Assembly (NCBI GenBank): GCA_005400705.1
Contig: GCA_005400705.1_4079.1
Source: Escherichia coli
Lineage (GTDB): Bacteria > Pseudomonadota > Gammaproteobacteria > Enterobacterales > Enterobacteriaceae
DNA length: 64,000 nucleotides
Strand: one strand, 5' to 3'
The notes under the pieces are model-generated. The model saw only the letters and a list, made by a program, of their open reading frames with translations, was not told the origin of the DNA and made no database searches. A program made the translations under genes and the position numbers. The first letter of the stretch is position 1; each line of letters opens with the position of its first letter. Below are positions 1 to 8,817 of the stretch, one piece after another.

Positions 1-143
1 ATAAGAGCATCTCTATTGACCTGAAGCACGCAATGAAAGCTGAACTCTATGTAGGAGCACTATTGGGGACAAACTATCAACAAATGTATGTAGACCTATG
101 GATTGATGCATTAGTCAAGGAGGTCCAAAGTAAATGCAAATGA
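1..143 (+). CDS. family A small protein (5' truncated at window edge)
   Basis: ORF runs in from window start, stop TGA 141-143; C-terminal LLGTNYQQ motif shared with downstream array. Confidence 0.55.
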   Translation, partial: KSISIDLKHAMKAELYVGALLGTNYQQMYVDLWIDALVKEVQSKCK

Positions 144-352
144 TTAATTTAAGTAAAGATGAATTTTATGTTCTACTGGCGAAAACTTATTCATTACGCA
201 AGGCCGTTTATGATAGTCACATTATTGAACCAACAAAGAAGTTGATTTTAGTATCTGAGATAAAGATGCTTTCAGTCTTAGGAACAAACTACCAAGAGAA
301 TGCTGTACTGTTGTTAATTGATGCCCTCAAGAGAGAGATACAAAGTAAATGA
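134..352 (+). CDS. family A small protein
   Basis: Tiling ORF; motif VLGTNYQEN; ATG overlaps upstream stop (ATGCAAATGA). Confidence 0.65.
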   Translation: MQMINLSKDEFYVLLAKTYSLRKAVYDSHIIEPTKKLILVSEIKMLSVLGTNYQENAVLLLIDALKREIQSK

Positions 353-588
353 TTCATTTATCTTACCATGATTATCAAAAACGTTTAAATGCATCAAGGG
401 ATATAAGAATTCAAATCTTCAATAACAAAAAATTGAAACCTGACACCAGAAGAATCAAAATAATCGAAGCAGAGTTATGCAACTTCCTGGGGACGAACTA
501 TCAGGCAGGTAAGGTAAAAAACTATCTTAGAGAACTCATGAATTGTATCGAAAATAAATGCGATGCTTTGGAGGATAAAAATGATTAA
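349..588 (+). CDS. family A small protein
   Basis: Tiling ORF; motif FLGTNYQAG; ATGA overlap with upstream stop. Confidence 0.65.
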   Translation: MIHLSYHDYQKRLNASRDIRIQIFNNKKLKPDTRRIKIIEAELCNFLGTNYQAGKVKNYLRELMNCIENKCDALEDKND

Positions 589-838
589 TTTAAATTCTGA
601 TGAATATCATGAACGCATGGCTAAAATCTCAACTAAACGAAATGAAATCTATCACAACCCAGAAATTCAACACAGTAAGAAAATGATTATGATGCGTGAG
701 TTAAAGTTGGGTGTATTCTTAGGAACAAACTATCAAGAACCAGAGGTCCAACGCGTATTAAATGAATTACTAATGGAAATCAGAGGTAAGCTTTACTTTC
801 ATCAAATGACCCAACCACTGAGGTGTACTGTGAAATGA
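581..838 (+). CDS. family A small protein
   Basis: Start re-chosen at ATG 581 (GGAGG 570-574, N-terminus MINLNSDEY like other members); motif FLGTNYQEPE. Confidence 0.6.
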   Translation: MINLNSDEYHERMAKISTKRNEIYHNPEIQHSKKMIMMRELKLGVFLGTNYQEPEVQRVLNELLMEIRGKLYFHQMTQPLRCTVK

Positions 839-1050
839 TCAACATCACATTACAAGAAAGATTCATCCGAATCAACTATGCAATTTCCAAATTAGATGCT
901 ACAATAGGATTTCAAAGTCTACCGTTCAAAACCAGAATGATATTAGAGTGCGAAGCCAGGTTAGGTGTACTGTTAGGGACGCAACACCAACAACGATATG
1001 TGGAAATCTGGATTGATCTTTTAACCCAAAATGCACATGAGAGAATGTAA
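835..1050 (+). CDS. family A small protein
   Basis: Start at ATG 835 overlapping upstream TGA (ATGA); motif LLGTQHQQRY. Confidence 0.6.
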   Translation: MINITLQERFIRINYAISKLDATIGFQSLPFKTRMILECEARLGVLLGTQHQQRYVEIWIDLLTQNAHERM

Positions 1051-1281
1051 ATGCAAAATGAAATGATATACTTAACACATGATGAATTTCAAGAGAAGAT
1101 GTTAAAAGCCAATAACATTACTCTTAAGTTCGTTCCAAATCAATCAATATATGAAATGTCTGCGAATGTATTGTTTGAGAAGCTACCATACGTTCTTGGA
1201 ACTGATAAACAAGAATTTATGGTTCAAAATATGATTGAGCATCTTGCAATGAGTATTATGGAAAAAGTAAATGCAAAATGA
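1051..1281 (+). CDS. family A small protein
   Basis: Tiling ORF; motif VLGTDKQEF; N-terminus MQNEMIYLT repeated in next two genes. Confidence 0.65.
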   Translation: MQNEMIYLTHDEFQEKMLKANNITLKFVPNQSIYEMSANVLFEKLPYVLGTDKQEFMVQNMIEHLAMSIMEKVNAK

Positions 1282-1531
1282 AATGAAATACTTAACATAT
1301 AATGAATACGTCGAGAGATTAGTTAGTGCCAAGAGATATGCCAATCAACTTCCTAATGATCCAAACCAAACCCCAGAGGAAAAGAATGCGGAAGCTCTAT
1401 TCCAAGCACTACCATACCTTCTTGGAACTGATAGGCAGGAGTATCACGTTGAACGTATAATTAAATCTCTTAAAATCACTATTAAGGAAAAAGTAAATGC
1501 AAAAGGAAATGATATACTTAACAGACGATGA
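1271..1531 (+). CDS. family A small protein
   Basis: Motif LLGTDRQEYH; N-terminus MQNEMKYLT; start overlaps upstream stop. Confidence 0.65.
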   Translation: MQNEMKYLTYNEYVERLVSAKRYANQLPNDPNQTPEEKNAEALFQALPYLLGTDRQEYHVERIIKSLKITIKEKVNAKGNDILNRR

Positions 1532-1754
1532 GTTAAAAGAACGATTAATTAAATCCAGAAAACTTACAAATCAACTTCCAAACGACACAAACAAGTCACC
1601 TGCCGAAAGGAGTGCAGAAGTTTTATACATTCAACTCATGTACTTTCTTGGAACTGACAGACAAGAGTATTACATTGAAAGTATGCTTCGATATCTTAAA
1701 TTCTCTATAAAGGAAAAGATACATGCTCAAGAATTTAAAAATCCTAACAGCTAA
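1497..1754 (+). CDS. family A small protein
   Basis: Motif FLGTDRQEYY; N-terminus MQKEMIYLT; close paralog of 1271-1531. Confidence 0.65.
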   Translation: MQKEMIYLTDDELKERLIKSRKLTNQLPNDTNKSPAERSAEVLYIQLMYFLGTDRQEYYIESMLRYLKFSIKEKIHAQEFKNPNS

Positions 1755-1980
1755 TGAATATCATAAGATTGTAATGGAAACTAATAGTGCTTACGCTAAA
1801 AAATCAAACCCAAAGTATATACTGGAACACACATTTGAAGAACGTCAATTAGCTCTAGTTGAAGCAAAACTTCTTGCACTATTAGGAACAAACTATCAGG
1901 AAGAATACAATAGAAAACTAATATACCTTTTAACTAAACACATCAGGAAAAGAAAAAAGCATGAAACACTTGACAGATGA
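1723..1980 (+). CDS. family A small protein
   Basis: Motif LLGTNYQEEY; tiling ORF. Confidence 0.65.
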   Translation: MLKNLKILTANEYHKIVMETNSAYAKKSNPKYILEHTFEERQLALVEAKLLALLGTNYQEEYNRKLIYLLTKHIRKRKKHETLDR

Positions 1981-2191
1981 TGAACATGGGCTTATAGTAA
2001 TGGATGTAATCAACATCGAATTCAAAAAGTTGATACGCTACCGTTGTTATGAAGATAAGCAACTCGTTCTAGCAGAACAGAAGTTGTTTCGACTCTTAAA
2101 CACAAACTACCAAGCACAATACGAAGAATCGTATATGTACCTTTTGGCGAGGAAAGCAAAAAGAGATTATGAAAATTTTAAGCCACGATAA
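1961..2191 (+). CDS. family A small protein
   Basis: Motif LLNTNYQAQY; tiling ORF. Confidence 0.6.
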   Translation: MKHLTDDEHGLIVMDVINIEFKKLIRYRCYEDKQLVLAEQKLFRLLNTNYQAQYEESYMYLLARKAKRDYENFKPR

Positions 2192-2384
2192 ACAAACAGA
2201 ATTGTTAATCTTTAATACAAGTAAATTCTTAAACATAACATTGTCTGATATAGATGAGGATGAAAAAGAGTTACTTAGAGCAGATTTAAGAGTTCTTTTA
2301 TATATTGGAACTAACTTCCAAGAGCAATTCGTTGAGGACTACATCGATGAACTTAAAGAATCTGTACTGAGAACATGCAAATGA
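2169..2384 (+). CDS. family A small protein
   Basis: Motif YIGTNFQEQF; tiling ORF. Confidence 0.6.
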   Translation: MKILSHDKQTELLIFNTSKFLNITLSDIDEDEKELLRADLRVLLYIGTNFQEQFVEDYIDELKESVLRTCK

Positions 2385-2626
2385 AAATCCTTTCACCAAG
2401 TGAATACCACGAACTATTAAGTAGTTTAATTCTAAAATTGTATATAGCAAAGACCACAGATTTACCAGATGAAGAAAAAAATATTCTAATGAGTGAAATC
2501 TATGTTAATTCTACCCTAGGGACTAACTATCAAGAATGTAATATTAATGATTACATCAAAGAACTAAAAAGGTTTATCCAATGCAAATGCGAATCATTAC
2601 CGGAGAAGAATACCGAACAATCATAA
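2375..2626 (+). CDS. family A small protein
   Basis: Motif TLGTNYQECN; N-terminus MQMKILS. Confidence 0.65.
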   Translation: MQMKILSPSEYHELLSSLILKLYIAKTTDLPDEEKNILMSEIYVNSTLGTNYQECNINDYIKELKRFIQCKCESLPEKNTEQS

Positions 2627-2823
2627 ATGGACTGTTTTTGAAGTTATTTGCCATTAACACATCAAAACTACCAGATACGGATAAAATTATTAAGTTAAAT
2701 GAAATCTACGTTCAAGCAACTCTAGGAACTAACTATCAAGAAGCCAATGTTTATAATTACATTAATACACTTAAAAGGGTAATACAATTAAAATGCACAG
2801 ACAGCACATACACAAACCCCTAG
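2581..2823 (+). CDS. family A small protein
   Basis: Motif TLGTNYQEAN; close paralog of 2375-2626. Confidence 0.65.
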   Translation: MQMRIITGEEYRTIINGLFLKLFAINTSKLPDTDKIIKLNEIYVQATLGTNYQEANVYNYINTLKRVIQLKCTDSTYTNP

Positions 2824-3023
2824 GAACAGCAGAATACATTGAACTAATGGCAGCAAACTTCTCATCCTTTCAGAAACTGATGCAAGAATCAAATAATGAT
2901 TTAGAATATCATATCAAAAGTTCAGATTTAAGATTGTTACTCACTCTAGGAACAGACAGTCAGTACAAATTCGTACAGGAGCATATTAGAGCACTTTTAA
3001 ATGGCATCAGGAATAAACTATGA
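2793..3023 (+). CDS. family A small protein
   Basis: Motif TLGTDSQYKF; tiling ORF. Confidence 0.6.
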   Translation: MHRQHIHKPLGTAEYIELMAANFSSFQKLMQESNNDLEYHIKSSDLRLLLTLGTDSQYKFVQEHIRALLNGIRNKL

Positions 3024-3235
3024 AGGTAATATCAAACCAAGAGTACTTGGCACTATTCAGAAAAAATAGTCAAGAATTTCTGAATCTTGATACAAGAACT
3101 GATATAAGTGAACTTGAAAAAAATCTTTTGCGTTCAGAGATGATAGTACTGACACTCTTAGGAACACAGCACCAAGAGAGAACTGTTAATTCACACATAG
3201 GGATTCTTATACAGATAGTACAGGAAAAGATATGA
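3020..3235 (+). CDS. family A small protein
   Basis: Motif LLGTQHQERT; ATGA overlap. Confidence 0.65.
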   Translation: MKVISNQEYLALFRKNSQEFLNLDTRTDISELEKNLLRSEMIVLTLLGTQHQERTVNSHIGILIQIVQEKI

Positions 3236-3453
3236 GAATCATAACACAACAAGATATTCTTAAGTTCACAAGGGTTCATGCATCTGAATTTGATGCTATA
3301 TTATCAAAAAGTTACAACAACCCTTATACAGAAGATGTACACTACAGTGAATTATGGGTGTATATACTTTTAGGTACAGATCATCAAGAGCAAGCAGTAC
3401 AGAAGTATTTGTTAGCGTTAAGTACTGCTACTGCTAATGGAGTATGTGTTTAA
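3232..3453 (+). CDS. family A small protein
   Basis: Motif LLGTDHQEQA; ATGA overlap. Confidence 0.65.
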   Translation: MRIITQQDILKFTRVHASEFDAILSKSYNNPYTEDVHYSELWVYILLGTDHQEQAVQKYLLALSTATANGVCV

Positions 3454-3454
3454 T

Positions 3455-3697
3455 ATGAAAGTACTGACAGAATTAGAAATGTATCATAGATTTAATAAGT
3501 ACTATCATTTACTTAAACCTATACAGAGGATTAAGTGTCCCTTTGTAGTGAAACAGGTATTAATTTATGAGCATAAGTTATTTGTATCATTAGGTACGAA
3601 TGAACAAGAGTATTATTTGAAGTTGTACTTAATTACTTTAATTGAATTGATTAATTACAAAACTCAGAAAGCGAAGAAATCTAAAAATGAAAACTAA
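3455..3697 (+). CDS. family A small protein
   Basis: Start re-chosen at ATG 3455 (GGAG upstream, directly after upstream stop); motif SLGTNEQEYY. Confidence 0.6.
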   Translation: MKVLTELEMYHRFNKYYHLLKPIQRIKCPFVVKQVLIYEHKLFVSLGTNEQEYYLKLYLITLIELINYKTQKAKKSKNEN

Positions 3698-4028
3698 AAT
3701 TCAACTCAGGGTATACATATCGTATGAAAATATATACGTTAAAAGTAGTCTATGTAAAGATGTAATGGACTACAAAGGTAAACCATTCACAGTTACTTAC
3801 AGTTTAACAGGAGGTTTATATATCTCTTTTGCTAATTACGAAAATAATATGTACGAACACATTGACATTGAAGATTTAAGTACTTTATCACCAGAGGAAT
3901 ACTTCCAGGAATCATTAGTATGGGATTTAGAGTTCCCTATGCCATTAGTACATAAGATGATAGTACTAATGAAAGAATCTAAACAGGAGCCTAATAGTGC
4001 TTATGAAGAACACATTATTGAGTATTAA
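3687..4028 (+). CDS. family B protein
   Basis: Tiling ORF; core motif EEYFQESLVWD. Confidence 0.65.
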   Translation: MKTKIQLRVYISYENIYVKSSLCKDVMDYKGKPFTVTYSLTGGLYISFANYENNMYEHIDIEDLSTLSPEEYFQESLVWDLEFPMPLVHKMIVLMKESKQEPNSAYEEHIIEY

Positions 4029-4040
4029 GAGTACTGATAT

Positions 4041-4256
4041 ATGAAAAGATTATCATACAAAGATTACAGTAAACTTATCAGTACTTTACAACCAGAAATT
4101 AGAAGAATTAATTATCTTCCTATATCTAACGAAGAACGTGTAGTACTGAAAAATGAGTTAATCTTAAAACGCACAGTAGGTACTAACTATCAAGATAATA
4201 GTGTTCGCGATTTAATTAGAGGGTTAATGATCACAATAAAGGCCAAGTGCTATTGA
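4041..4256 (+). CDS. family A small protein
   Basis: Motif TVGTNYQDNS. Confidence 0.65.
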   Translation: MKRLSYKDYSKLISTLQPEIRRINYLPISNEERVVLKNELILKRTVGTNYQDNSVRDLIRGLMITIKAKCY

Positions 4257-4262
4257 CAGTAC

Positions 4263-4291
4263 TTGACGGAGCTTTTCATTACTGATATAGT
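4263..4291 (+). promoter_or_regulatory. sigma70-like promoter (TTGACG-17-TATAGT, TG-extended)
   Basis: -35 TTGACG 4263-4268, 17-nt spacer, -10 TATAGT 4286-4291 preceded by TG; about 30 nt upstream of ATG 4321. Confidence 0.5.
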
Positions 4292-4320
4292 GCATCAACG
4301 TTAATCATAGGGTACAGATT

Positions 4321-4566
4321 ATGTTAAAATTTTTAAATTTCCTTATCGTCTTGTGTATTGTTCTTGGAATTGCACCGTTTGTATTAGCGTATCTGGATTC
4401 AGATGAAATGCAGAAGATGAATTGCACAAAGACAGGACAGAGTAGAGAAGAGACGGTTATGATGCCTGTAACGGTTATTGTGAATAACATACCAATTACG
4501 AACATGATTCCTACCCTAACGACAACGTACCAGTACTCTTGTGCTGACGGAGAGAGGTGGAGATGA
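4321..4566 (+). CDS. small membrane protein
   Basis: Hydrophobic N-terminus LNFLIVLCIVLGIAPFVLAYL; follows promoter. Confidence 0.55.
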   Translation: MLKFLNFLIVLCIVLGIAPFVLAYLDSDEMQKMNCTKTGQSREETVMMPVTVIVNNIPITNMIPTLTTTYQYSCADGERWR

Positions 4567-4874
4567 AATTTAATATAGCAAAAACATCGAGTATATGTAT
4601 TTTTGGTTATTCCTATGAATTGGGTGATATTGACATTCTATTGTACAAAACGAATGGTGTTATGCATTTCAAGTACCAGGATGAAGAGGCAGACAATTAT
4701 CTTTTACCTAATTTAGTACAAATGCAGGAAGAGGAATTATTCCAGTACAGCTTAATATACGACATTGATATTTGCACGATGCCAGTATTAATTAGTATTC
4801 AAAAAGTGATGCTCGATATGTATGATAAGCTAATACAAGGTATGTCAGGGAGGATCATTGAAATCGATATATAA
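4563..4874 (+). CDS. family B protein
   Basis: ATG 4563 overlapping upstream TGA (ATGA), GGAG-rich upstream; motif EEELFQYSLIYD. Confidence 0.65.
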   Translation: MKFNIAKTSSICIFGYSYELGDIDILLYKTNGVMHFKYQDEEADNYLLPNLVQMQEEELFQYSLIYDIDICTMPVLISIQKVMLDMYDKLIQGMSGRIIEIDI

Positions 4875-5070
4875 GAATTTACCTAATGAATATTTGTTGA
4901 AGTACAAAGAGTTTATTAAAGATGTATATGTAGATCCTTTTAATATCAAATTTGCAGAGTTCGAAGTATCATTTTATCTAGGGACAATAGTACAGGACCA
5001 ATACGTTGATAATCTAATAAGGTGTTTGAAAAAGGAGATACAATGCAGACCCAAATGTACAAAAAAATAA
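4858..5070 (+). CDS. family A small protein
   Basis: Motif YLGTIVQDQY; no in-frame ATG, apparent TTG start so start uncertain. Confidence 0.45.
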   Translation: MKSIYKNLPNEYLLKYKEFIKDVYVDPFNIKFAEFEVSFYLGTIVQDQYVDNLIRCLKKEIQCRPKCTKK

Positions 5071-5306
5071 ACTGTTATTTGTATGCATCAAAGTACAGGG
5101 ATTTTTGTTTACGAGGGGGAGAGGAAGATTTTGCTCTGAGATTATCGGAATTTAATATGTTATTTTATCTTGGTACATCAGTACAAGAAGAAATGGTACA
5201 GAAATTTATCAATCACCTTGTACAAAAAATTAATATGCAAATTTTGATGCTTGAGTTACAGAATGAGATAAACAAATATGAACCCAACAATAGTACAGGA
5301 TCTTAA
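5043..5306 (+). CDS. family A small protein
   Basis: ATG 5043 with AAGGAG 5031-5036; motif YLGTSVQEEM. Confidence 0.6.
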   Translation: MQTQMYKKINCYLYASKYRDFCLRGGEEDFALRLSEFNMLFYLGTSVQEEMVQKFINHLVQKINMQILMLELQNEINKYEPNNSTGS

Positions 5307-5667
5307 ACAAGTAATATTCCTTTTGAATACAAGAAGTGAAATGTATACAGAGTTTAAAGAGATTAATGCATTTTATCAGAATTTTGTAATTCAAGAGTTC
5401 AGTGATTTAATTACAGATGCATTATTTGAATTATCGGAAAAATACAAAGGAACAGAGTTCAGTGTTAAAAATGTATTACGTTCTTTATCAACGCGTATAA
5501 TAAAATTAGATCATTTCAAATTTGAAAATAAAGATTTATTCAGTCACAATCCAAGTACAGCTTTATATTTTATTCCTGATTCAGACAAAAATCATCCTAT
5601 TCATTACGGATGGATTTTGTCGTACATAGTACAAGGAAAGGAGTATCCTATTAAATGGAACGATTAG
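5278..5667 (+). CDS. hypothetical protein
   Basis: Tiling 129-aa ORF; possible degenerate B-like core (NAFYQNFVIQ). Confidence 0.5.
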   Translation: MNPTIVQDLKQVIFLLNTRSEMYTEFKEINAFYQNFVIQEFSDLITDALFELSEKYKGTEFSVKNVLRSLSTRIIKLDHFKFENKDLFSHNPSTALYFIPDSDKNHPIHYGWILSYIVQGKEYPIKWND

Positions 5668-5815
5668 GGCGATTAGATTATTACACAATTAATACAAATT
5701 ATTTGTTGCGTAATATAAAATCCGATTACAAAATATGGATAAAGAACAGAGATAGTATGTGTTATGAATTTTATTTAGATTATGCCATCAAACGCTTTTT
5801 AAGAGAAGAACATTA

Positions 5816-6007
5816 ATGCACACACCGCACAAAGAGCACAAAAATACAAAAACGATAAATGTTTTAAATGATTCTTTATTGGTGAGTATAAATTTATATT
5901 ATAAAATTCATTTAAATGGTGGTATTGAAAATTTTAGTTATTATTTGAGTGCAATATCGCAAGAGCATTTAATATACCAAGATCATTTATTGCACCCGAA
6001 TCCATAA
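5816..6007 (+). CDS. hypothetical small protein
   Basis: 63-aa ORF in AT-rich gap between arrays; no motif, no clear RBS. Confidence 0.25.
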   Translation: MHTPHKEHKNTKTINVLNDSLLVSINLYYKIHLNGGIENFSYYLSAISQEHLIYQDHLLHPNP

Positions 6008-6015
6008 GGCGAATT

Positions 6016-6561
6016 ATGAATGAGATAGAATTATTAGCACACAAGATTAGTACAATAATGCTTATCCTAAATAACAACCATCCTATATCGCAGATAGATG
6101 GAATCCTGAGTCAGAGGACAGGTGGTAGTTTATATTTGACATTAACAGAGGTTATCGCAAGGAATTACATTGATATTGAAATCGAGAACAGTGATGCATC
6201 AGGAAAGGTTGATGTAGGTGCATTAATCAGTTCAAATCCAGTATCAGCATCCCCATTGACCAAAGGTGTTAGTACAGGATTCGAAGGGTATTTGTGGTAC
6301 AATACCAATGATGATTATTTTATATATCAGCATTCCAATACAAATTATGATGAAGACAAATTTCAGTTCATAGACCCTTATGATGAAGCTGAAGTATTTC
6401 AAAAATCATTAATCACAAAACCGCATGAGATGATGTATCTAATGTTATTCAGTACAATGCATTTGAATCCATTAATTAAAGGTTTAAAATTTTATATTCA
6501 ATTAAATTTAGTCCATGTAGTTTATGATTTATTAATGCAAGGATATAGTTATGAAGTATAA
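6016..6561 (+). CDS. family B protein
   Basis: Core motif EAEVFQKSLIT. Confidence 0.65.
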   Translation: MNEIELLAHKISTIMLILNNNHPISQIDGILSQRTGGSLYLTLTEVIARNYIDIEIENSDASGKVDVGALISSNPVSASPLTKGVSTGFEGYLWYNTNDDYFIYQHSNTNYDEDKFQFIDPYDEAEVFQKSLITKPHEMMYLMLFSTMHLNPLIKGLKFYIQLNLVHVVYDLLMQGYSYEV

Positions 6562-6862
6562 AATGATGTATACCCCAGATATGATTTATGTTGAATTAGA
6601 AGATGATGACGATGGGTGGAATTTGATTTATTCAAGAAGTTCAGGTTGGTACATGGCACATTTAAATGATTCGATAGTTACAGATTATTTTGTAGATTTC
6701 AATACATTATCCGATGAAGAATTGTTCCAACAGCAATTAGTGATTGACACGGGTGGTTATGATGTCTTATTATTAAAAAAGATACAAAAAGCTGTTATTG
6801 ATTTTAAGCCCATGATATGGCAAAGGAAATATTATGACCTCGAAGTACCATACCAGCAATGA
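6551..6862 (+). CDS. family B protein
   Basis: Core motif DEELFQQQLVID. Confidence 0.65.
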   Translation: MKYKMMYTPDMIYVELEDDDDGWNLIYSRSSGWYMAHLNDSIVTDYFVDFNTLSDEELFQQQLVIDTGGYDVLLLKKIQKAVIDFKPMIWQRKYYDLEVPYQQ

Positions 6863-7400
6863 AATTCAGTACACCTACGCTAATGCAATCCTTATGGGAC
6901 AAAAGTTAGCTTGTATTGTTGCAGCCTTATATAATGCCCAGAAATATCACAAGCGTCATTTCCACAAATGTATTGGTATTATTCCATCGAAGTACAATAC
7001 ATATATTGCGTGCACGAGTCATTTTGATAAACGATTCAATACACCTGATACCCCAAATGCCAGTAGTGTTATTGGTCTTTTGGATTTCGCACCTGGTGCT
7101 GTTATTGGAAAGAATGATTTAGAGTACACATGGTATAATAAAAATGCCCCGTTAGTAATGGGAAAATATGATACAGAAACGAATAAAACAATAGAGTACA
7201 ATACATATAAATCAGAGGAAGAATTTTTCCAAGGTTCATTGCTTGTACCAGTGCGTTTGTTGTTTTATAATGTCCTTATTAGTACAGTACACAATAGTCC
7301 ATTACACAAGAATCACAAAATTAATTTCAATTTTTGTGCTTATGCGATTGATGGTGTGTATGAGTGTTTAATGGAGGTATTGAGCTATGAAGCTGAATAA
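6834..7400 (+). CDS. family B protein
   Basis: Core motif EEEFFQGSLLV. Confidence 0.65.
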   Translation: MTSKYHTSNEIQYTYANAILMGQKLACIVAALYNAQKYHKRHFHKCIGIIPSKYNTYIACTSHFDKRFNTPDTPNASSVIGLLDFAPGAVIGKNDLEYTWYNKNAPLVMGKYDTETNKTIEYNTYKSEEEFFQGSLLVPVRLLFYNVLISTVHNSPLHKNHKINFNFCAYAIDGVYECLMEVLSYEAE

Positions 7401-7728
7401 TACATTTGATATTAATAAGTTAAGAGAATGGTTTTATAGTATTGAAATTGAAGCCATCCCGTATCATAGATATGAACAATATAATTTAACCAGTATTGAT
7501 ATCCGTGAGTTGTACGCGTATTATCAAAGTGCATTAGAGATGCATAAGTTATTTTTGAGTACAGATTTTGTTATAAATTACAATTTTGAGGAATTTAATA
7601 ATTATAATTTAGTACAGAAATATGTAGTAGCAAAGTACATGTACCTTCAAGGAATTACAAGTAATTTGGAATTCAATACAGTCCTGGCTTTAGTTGAGGT
7701 AATTTTATGCAGTACATGTATGATTTAG
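7387..7728 (+). CDS. hypothetical protein (degenerate family B-like)
   Basis: Tiling ORF; weak core EEFNNYNLVQ. Confidence 0.5.
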   Translation: MKLNNTFDINKLREWFYSIEIEAIPYHRYEQYNLTSIDIRELYAYYQSALEMHKLFLSTDFVINYNFEEFNNYNLVQKYVVAKYMYLQGITSNLEFNTVLALVEVILCSTCMI

Positions 7729-8213
7729 AGTTTAGTTTAGATGCTGCCTTTAAATTTGTTCACAAGATAGAAACAATATACAGTACATTATGTGCAATAC
7801 AATCAGTATCATCTGAGTTTGATGTTGGTGAAAAATATCAGGTATGGAATAATACATTTCTAAACAAAGAACGTTGCTCTACGGGGTTTAATATTTTAAC
7901 ATTTAACCCCAGCAATTGTTACCCAGAGAAGCATGAACGTTATCCGAATGACGACATGTGGTTTGATTACACAAAAGATGGTGATATGTCATCCCTTGTA
8001 GTTCCTGATGATTTTAATGCCGAAGATTTAACGAAAGAGTGGTGGTTTCAACAGAATTTAGTACACGATGATATTGATTTATTTTTTTATGTAGTATTTA
8101 AAATGCTTTACCACAACAATATATTAAAAGATAGTGTGTTTTTTTCATGTCTATATATTGATGATTTGTACAATGAAATCCAAATCAACATGCCCAGAAC
8201 GCCTGTATCGTAA
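7707..8213 (+). CDS. family B protein
   Basis: Core motif KEWWFQQNLVHD. Confidence 0.65.
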   Translation: MQYMYDLEFSLDAAFKFVHKIETIYSTLCAIQSVSSEFDVGEKYQVWNNTFLNKERCSTGFNILTFNPSNCYPEKHERYPNDDMWFDYTKDGDMSSLVVPDDFNAEDLTKEWWFQQNLVHDDIDLFFYVVFKMLYHNNILKDSVFFSCLYIDDLYNEIQINMPRTPVS

Positions 8214-8238
8214 GATATGGGCTTTTTTCGTTTTGGTA

Positions 8239-8267
8239 TTGACAAAGAAGTGCAAAGCTGTTATCAT
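8239..8267 (+). promoter_or_regulatory. sigma70-like promoter (TTGACA-17-TATCAT)
   Basis: -35 TTGACA 8239-8244, 17-nt spacer, -10 TATCAT 8262-8267; upstream of RBS AAGGAG 8282-8287. Confidence 0.5.
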
Positions 8268-8295
8268 GTGTAATCATTTTAAAGGAGAACATATA

Positions 8296-8817
8296 GTGAG
8301 TTTCATAATCCCAAGTACATACGAAGATGCATCAAGTGCAGTGTATAAGGTTCATTATATTTTTAATTTAATTATTAGTGCATCAAAAAATAAAATGTAT
8401 GCACCTCTTGTGAAATATGATAAAAATGAGGAAATTTTTGTTAGCACAGAACAAACGATTTTTCCATATTTCAAAGAAGATAGATTGTGGTTCATGCATT
8501 CAGTCGCATTACAAAGATATAATATAACAAGGTCCAATGAGCATGATTATTTGGATATACAATTAGATCAACCCGATATTGGAGAGGATGAATATTTTCA
8601 GTACAGCACAGTACACCACCATGAAGATATCTTTGCTGCTATGCTTATTGCTAAATTGAACACCGTTGATTTGGAGCAGCACAAATACAATAATAAATCA
8701 TGTAAGATCATAATCCCTGCATTCATTGCTCTTTATGATTACATTGTGCATAACAAAAAAGATGATACATATGCTTTCAATGAAGAGTATTTGAATTTTT
8801 TTAAGGAGAACATATGA
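8296..8817 (+). CDS. family B protein
   Basis: Start placed at in-frame GTG 8296, 8 nt after AAGGAG; core motif EDEYFQYSTVHH. Confidence 0.55.
   Translation: MSFIIPSTYEDASSAVYKVHYIFNLIISASKNKMYAPLVKYDKNEEIFVSTEQTIFPYFKEDRLWFMHSVALQRYNITRSNEHDYLDIQLDQPDIGEDEYFQYSTVHHHEDIFAAMLIAKLNTVDLEQHKYNNKSCKIIIPAFIALYDYIVHNKKDDTYAFNEEYLNFFKENI

Noticed and set aside
3070-3279. Minus-strand ORFs in the track (3070-3279, 4305-4505, 7019-7201, 8355-8537, 9312-9539, 10923-11141, 12223-12444, 13857-14147, 15167-15424, 15372-15593, 17632-17826, 21753-21944, 22151-22396, 29317-29520, 35032-35286, 36478-36801, 37821-38009, 41747-41986, 42180-42458, 43871-44125, 45451-45633, 46352-46585, 47049-47366, 47608-47820, 49685-49939, 50357-50650, 51071-51364, 53545-53778, 54089-54304, 55470-55847, 56087-56347, 58023-58325, 63286-63495, 63602-63832)
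   Set aside because: Each lies antisense to a well-supported plus-strand gene, has no RBS or family motif, and is the kind of chance ORF expected in AT-rich sequence; only 60982-61359 occupies its own space.
1-5306. CRISPR array as an explanation for the highly periodic structure
   Set aside because: The periodicity is at gene scale (about 230 bp units encoding proteins) with diverged sequence throughout each unit; there are no short identical direct repeats separated by unique spacers.
6916-7122. Nested plus-strand ORFs in alternative frames (6916-7122, 14563-14808, 15051-15254, 20719-20988, 21072-21293, 24527-24745, 25105-25293, 27908-28096, 32686-32901, 33742-33933, 36498-36692, 43479-43748, 46729-46932, 46960-47214, 54234-54536, 56547-56765)
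   Set aside because: Fully contained within longer motif-bearing or enzyme-coding ORFs in another frame; products are hydrophobic or low-complexity as expected for off-frame AT-rich translation.
8192-8228. Terminator upstream of promoter 8239-8267
   Set aside because: Only a 5-bp GCCCA/TGGGC stem with a 21-nt loop before the T-run; too weak to call.
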